DNA of 64,000 nucleotides from Escherichia coli (GTDB lineage Bacteria; Pseudomonadota; Gammaproteobacteria; Enterobacterales; Enterobacteriaceae): NCBI RefSeq assembly GCF_003334335.1, contig NZ_QOWQ01000021.1; one strand, 5' to 3'. Shown piece by piece: positions 63,658 to 64,000 of this stretch (position 1 is its first letter; each line of letters starts with the position of its first letter). The notes under the pieces were generated by a model. It saw only the letters and a program-made list of their open reading frames with translations, ran no database searches and was not told where the DNA came from. The position numbers and the translations under genes were made by a program.

Positions 63658-63998
63658 TTTATATCGCCGGCCCCATGACCGGATACGAAGACTGCAATAG
63701 AACGGCGTTTTGCCTGGAGGATCTGAAGCTTCGGTGCGCCGGAAACATCGTTCTTAATCCTGCCGTACTGCCTGACGGATTAAGCCAGCAGCAGTACATG
63801 AGTATTTGTATTCCGATGCTCATGTGTGCCGATGCCATTTACTTACTGGATGGATGGGAAGAATCCGCTGGCGCACGGGCTGAGTACGCAATGGCGCTCA
63901 AACTGAACATGCCAGTGTCATTCCCGGAAAACCGGGCAGCCGTCGAAACCGTCGCGCAGCTGCTTCACAAATCAAAAGCCACACAGGCGACTGAGTAA
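63648..63998 (+). CDS. DUF4406-like protein (nucleoside 2-deoxyribosyltransferase-like fold)
   Basis: N-terminus VIYIAGPMTGYEDCNRTAF and ...IYLLDGWEESAGARAEY. Confidence 0.6.
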   Translation: MAVIYIAGPMTGYEDCNRTAFCLEDLKLRCAGNIVLNPAVLPDGLSQQQYMSICIPMLMCADAIYLLDGWEESAGARAEYAMALKLNMPVSFPENRAAVETVAQLLHKSKATQATE

Positions 63999-64000
63999 CC

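Larger units (their letters stand above)
56501..64000. mobile_element. Second prophage (early/immunity/replication region), inserted at the 3' end of tRNA-Leu; extends beyond the window end
   Basis: tRNA fragment, integrase, HTH repressor, divergent RHH gene, exonuclease, Dam methylase, DUF4222 and DUF4406-like genes. Confidence 0.85.

Overview
This window is an Escherichia/Shigella-type chromosome segment with two prophage regions flanking a conserved core. All calls are from reading the sequence and ORF translations by eye; no database search was run. (1) Positions 1 to about 16,945 are the right-hand part of a lambdoid prophage inserted in yecE. Its late region has the Stx-phage layout (Q-like antiterminator, three phage tRNAs, nanS-p esterase) but no stx genes. 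It also carries a helicase-primase replication module, a cro/cI-type immunity switch, a long accessory operon and xis-int. (2) Positions about 16,945 to 56,460 are conserved core in K-12 order: yecE (truncated), yecN, cmoAB, torZY, cutC, yecM, argS, yecT, flhEAB, cheZYBR, tap, tar, cheWA, motBA, flhCD, uspC, otsAB, araHGF, ftnB, yecJ, azuC, yecR, ftnA, yecH, tyrP, yecA. (3) From about 56,501 to the window end is the early region of a second prophage, abutting a 3' fragment of a tRNA-Leu gene. The best candidates for an undescribed system are all prophage accessory genes: an orphan 314-aa gene antisense to the late operon (3057-4001), a small membrane protein plus SPFH lipoprotein pair (12421-13433), and a repressor-linked membrane protein sharing an NRIAGRDY peptide with its repressor (58154-59218). 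No CRISPR array, rRNA or IS element was seen.
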